A stretch of 64,000 nucleotides of DNA. It comes from Spirochaetia bacterium (GTDB taxonomy: Bacteria; Spirochaetota; Spirochaetia; SZUA-6; Bin103). Positions 62,700 through 64,000 of the stretch are shown here, piece by piece. A model generated the notes under the pieces. The model had not been told where the DNA came from. It did no database searches and worked only from the letters and a program-made list of their open reading frames with translations. Made by a program: the position numbers and the translations under genes. The stretch spans positions 2,304,001-2,368,000 of the forward strand of contig CBDAOI010000004.1 of assembly GCA_965198005.1 (NCBI GenBank), in the 5' to 3' direction. Position 1 is the first letter of the stretch, and each line of letters begins with the position of its first letter.

Positions 62700-63935
62700 T
62701 CAGTCCACCAGCGCCTGGTACACGAGCTGCTTCAAGAGCCGCCGCAGCACCCGCGGCGGGCTGTGCGGCACCGCGTCAGAAGACCGCACTTGCACCATGA
62801 AGGTCAGGCTCAGCTCCTCGAGCGGATCCACCCAGAAACAGGTGCCGGCCATGCCGCCCCAGGCGAACTCGCCGGGCGAGTCGATCACGTTGGCCGTGGC
62901 CGGATCGAGCACCACCGAGAAGCCCAGGCCGAAACCGACGCCCGCGAACGGCGTCTCGCTGAACACGGCCTGTCCCATCGCGGCCAGATCGCGGTTTTCC
63001 GGCAGGTGGTTGCGGGTCATGTACTCGACCGTCTTGCGCCCGAGCAGCCGCACGCCGTCGAGCTCGCCCTTGCCGAGCAGCAGGTCGGCGAAGCGCCGGT
63101 AGTCGTCGATGGTGGAGACCATGCCGCCGCCGCCGGAGAGCATCGCGGGCGGCCGCAGGAAGGTGCTGGTGGCCGGGTCGTCCGTGAGGCGGAAGGCCGG
63201 CGTGCCCGAAGCTCCCGGCACCGACTCGTAGCACGCGGCGAAGCGGTGGGCCTGGTCCGCCGGCACCATGAAGCCGCTGTCGTCCATCCCCAGCGGCCCG
63301 GTGATGCGTTCGGCAATGTAGTCGTCGAGCGGCCGGCCGGAGAGCACCTGCACCAGATAGCCGACCGCGTCGGTGGACATGCCGTACTGCCAGCGCGTGC
63401 CCGGCGAGAACTGCAGCGGCAGCTCGCCGAGCGTGGCGATCACTTCCTCCAGCGACTCGGTCCCGGCCGCGCCGCCGATGCCACCGCGCGCCCGATACAG
63501 CGCGTCCACGGGGTGGCTGCGCATGAAGTCGTAGGTCAGGCCGGAGGTATGGGTGAGCAGATCCTTGATGATCATCGGCCGGTCGGGCGCCCGTGTCCGG
63601 TAGTCGTGCTCGTCGCCGTCCGCGAACACCTTGAGGCCCGCCCAACCGGGAACGTAGCGGCTCACCGGATCGTCCAACTGGAACGCCCCGCGCTCGTAGA
63701 GCTGCATCAGCGCCACGCTCGTGATCGGCTTGGTCATCGAGTAGATGCGTACGATGGTGTCGCGCGCGAACTGGCGCCGGCGTTCGACGTCCATCAGTCC
63801 GTGCGCCAGAAACAGCTGATCCCGGCCGTGCCGGGATACCAGCAGCAGGTATCCCGGAAGCTGACCTTGGTCGACGTAGCTGTGCAGAAAGGGCTCGATC
63901 CGGCCGAGTCGTTGGTCCGAGAATTCGCCTGCCAT
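62700..63935 (-). CDS. serine hydrolase, beta-lactamase-related (EstB-like)
   Basis: SMTK (SxxK), LLTHTSG, WQYG, WGGMAGT.FWVDP. Confidence 0.92.
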   Translation of the reverse strand: MAGEFSDQRLGRIEPFLHSYVDQGQLPGYLLLVSRHGRDQLFLAHGLMDVERRRQFARDTIVRIYSMTKPITSVALMQLYERGAFQLDDPVSRYVPGWAGLKVFADGDEHDYRTRAPDRPMIIKDLLTHTSGLTYDFMRSHPVDALYRARGGIGGAAGTESLEEVIATLGELPLQFSPGTRWQYGMSTDAVGYLVQVLSGRPLDDYIAERITGPLGMDDSGFMVPADQAHRFAACYESVPGASGTPAFRLTDDPATSTFLRPPAMLSGGGGMVSTIDDYRRFADLLLGKGELDGVRLLGRKTVEYMTRNHLPENRDLAAMGQAVFSETPFAGVGFGLGFSVVLDPATANVIDSPGEFAWGGMAGTCFWVDPLEELSLTFMVQVRSSDAVPHSPPRVLRRLLKQLVYQALVD

Positions 63936-64000
63936 GCCAGCAGCGTACCACACACCGCAGCCCGCGCACGCGTTCGTTCGCCCGGACTGCCGCGACTACC

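Overview
High-GC bacterial DNA. The spirochaete-type N-termini of the solute-binding proteins (SBPs; ...GLWAAGAEEE / GIWASAAGEEE) and the many AAA/PD-(D/E)XK, Rpn, DUF1640 and toxin-antitoxin genes suggest a host-associated Spirochaetota-like genome (inference only). The two ends carry mostly ordinary genes. 1-24 kb: Baeyer-Villiger monooxygenase end, sugar ABC transporter, MoxR-DUF58-BatABCDE operon, DUF262+HEPN pair, P-loop-less YchF paralog, heterodimeric ABC exporter. 55-64 kb: amidase, spermidine-synthase-like membrane protein, pcm, glycerate kinase, lytic transglycosylase, serine hydrolase. The centre (24-55 kb) is a plastic region with four paralogous peptide/nickel (family 5) SBP loci, many dppB/dppC fragments, solo nuclease/ATPase genes, vapBC, mazEF, duplications and internal deletions. 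The most notable signal lies outside the annotated genes: a conserved ~600-700 nt 5' leader family in front of the SBP genes. It consists of a sigma70-like promoter, a Pro-rich first uORF crossing a poly-C tract, conserved blocks, an AGGAGG-led 11-aa second uORF (M-I/L-LKEP-H/Y-ARAA) whose stop sits in an H-type pseudoknot with a compensatory base change, and two more hairpins. Second, a 1.5-kb ATPase-nuclease gene sits between an aminotransferase-III gene and a kinase gene, flanked by a 33-bp duplication, with no integrase nearby. Many frameshifts may be sequencing or assembly errors. No rRNA, tRNA or CRISPR array was seen.
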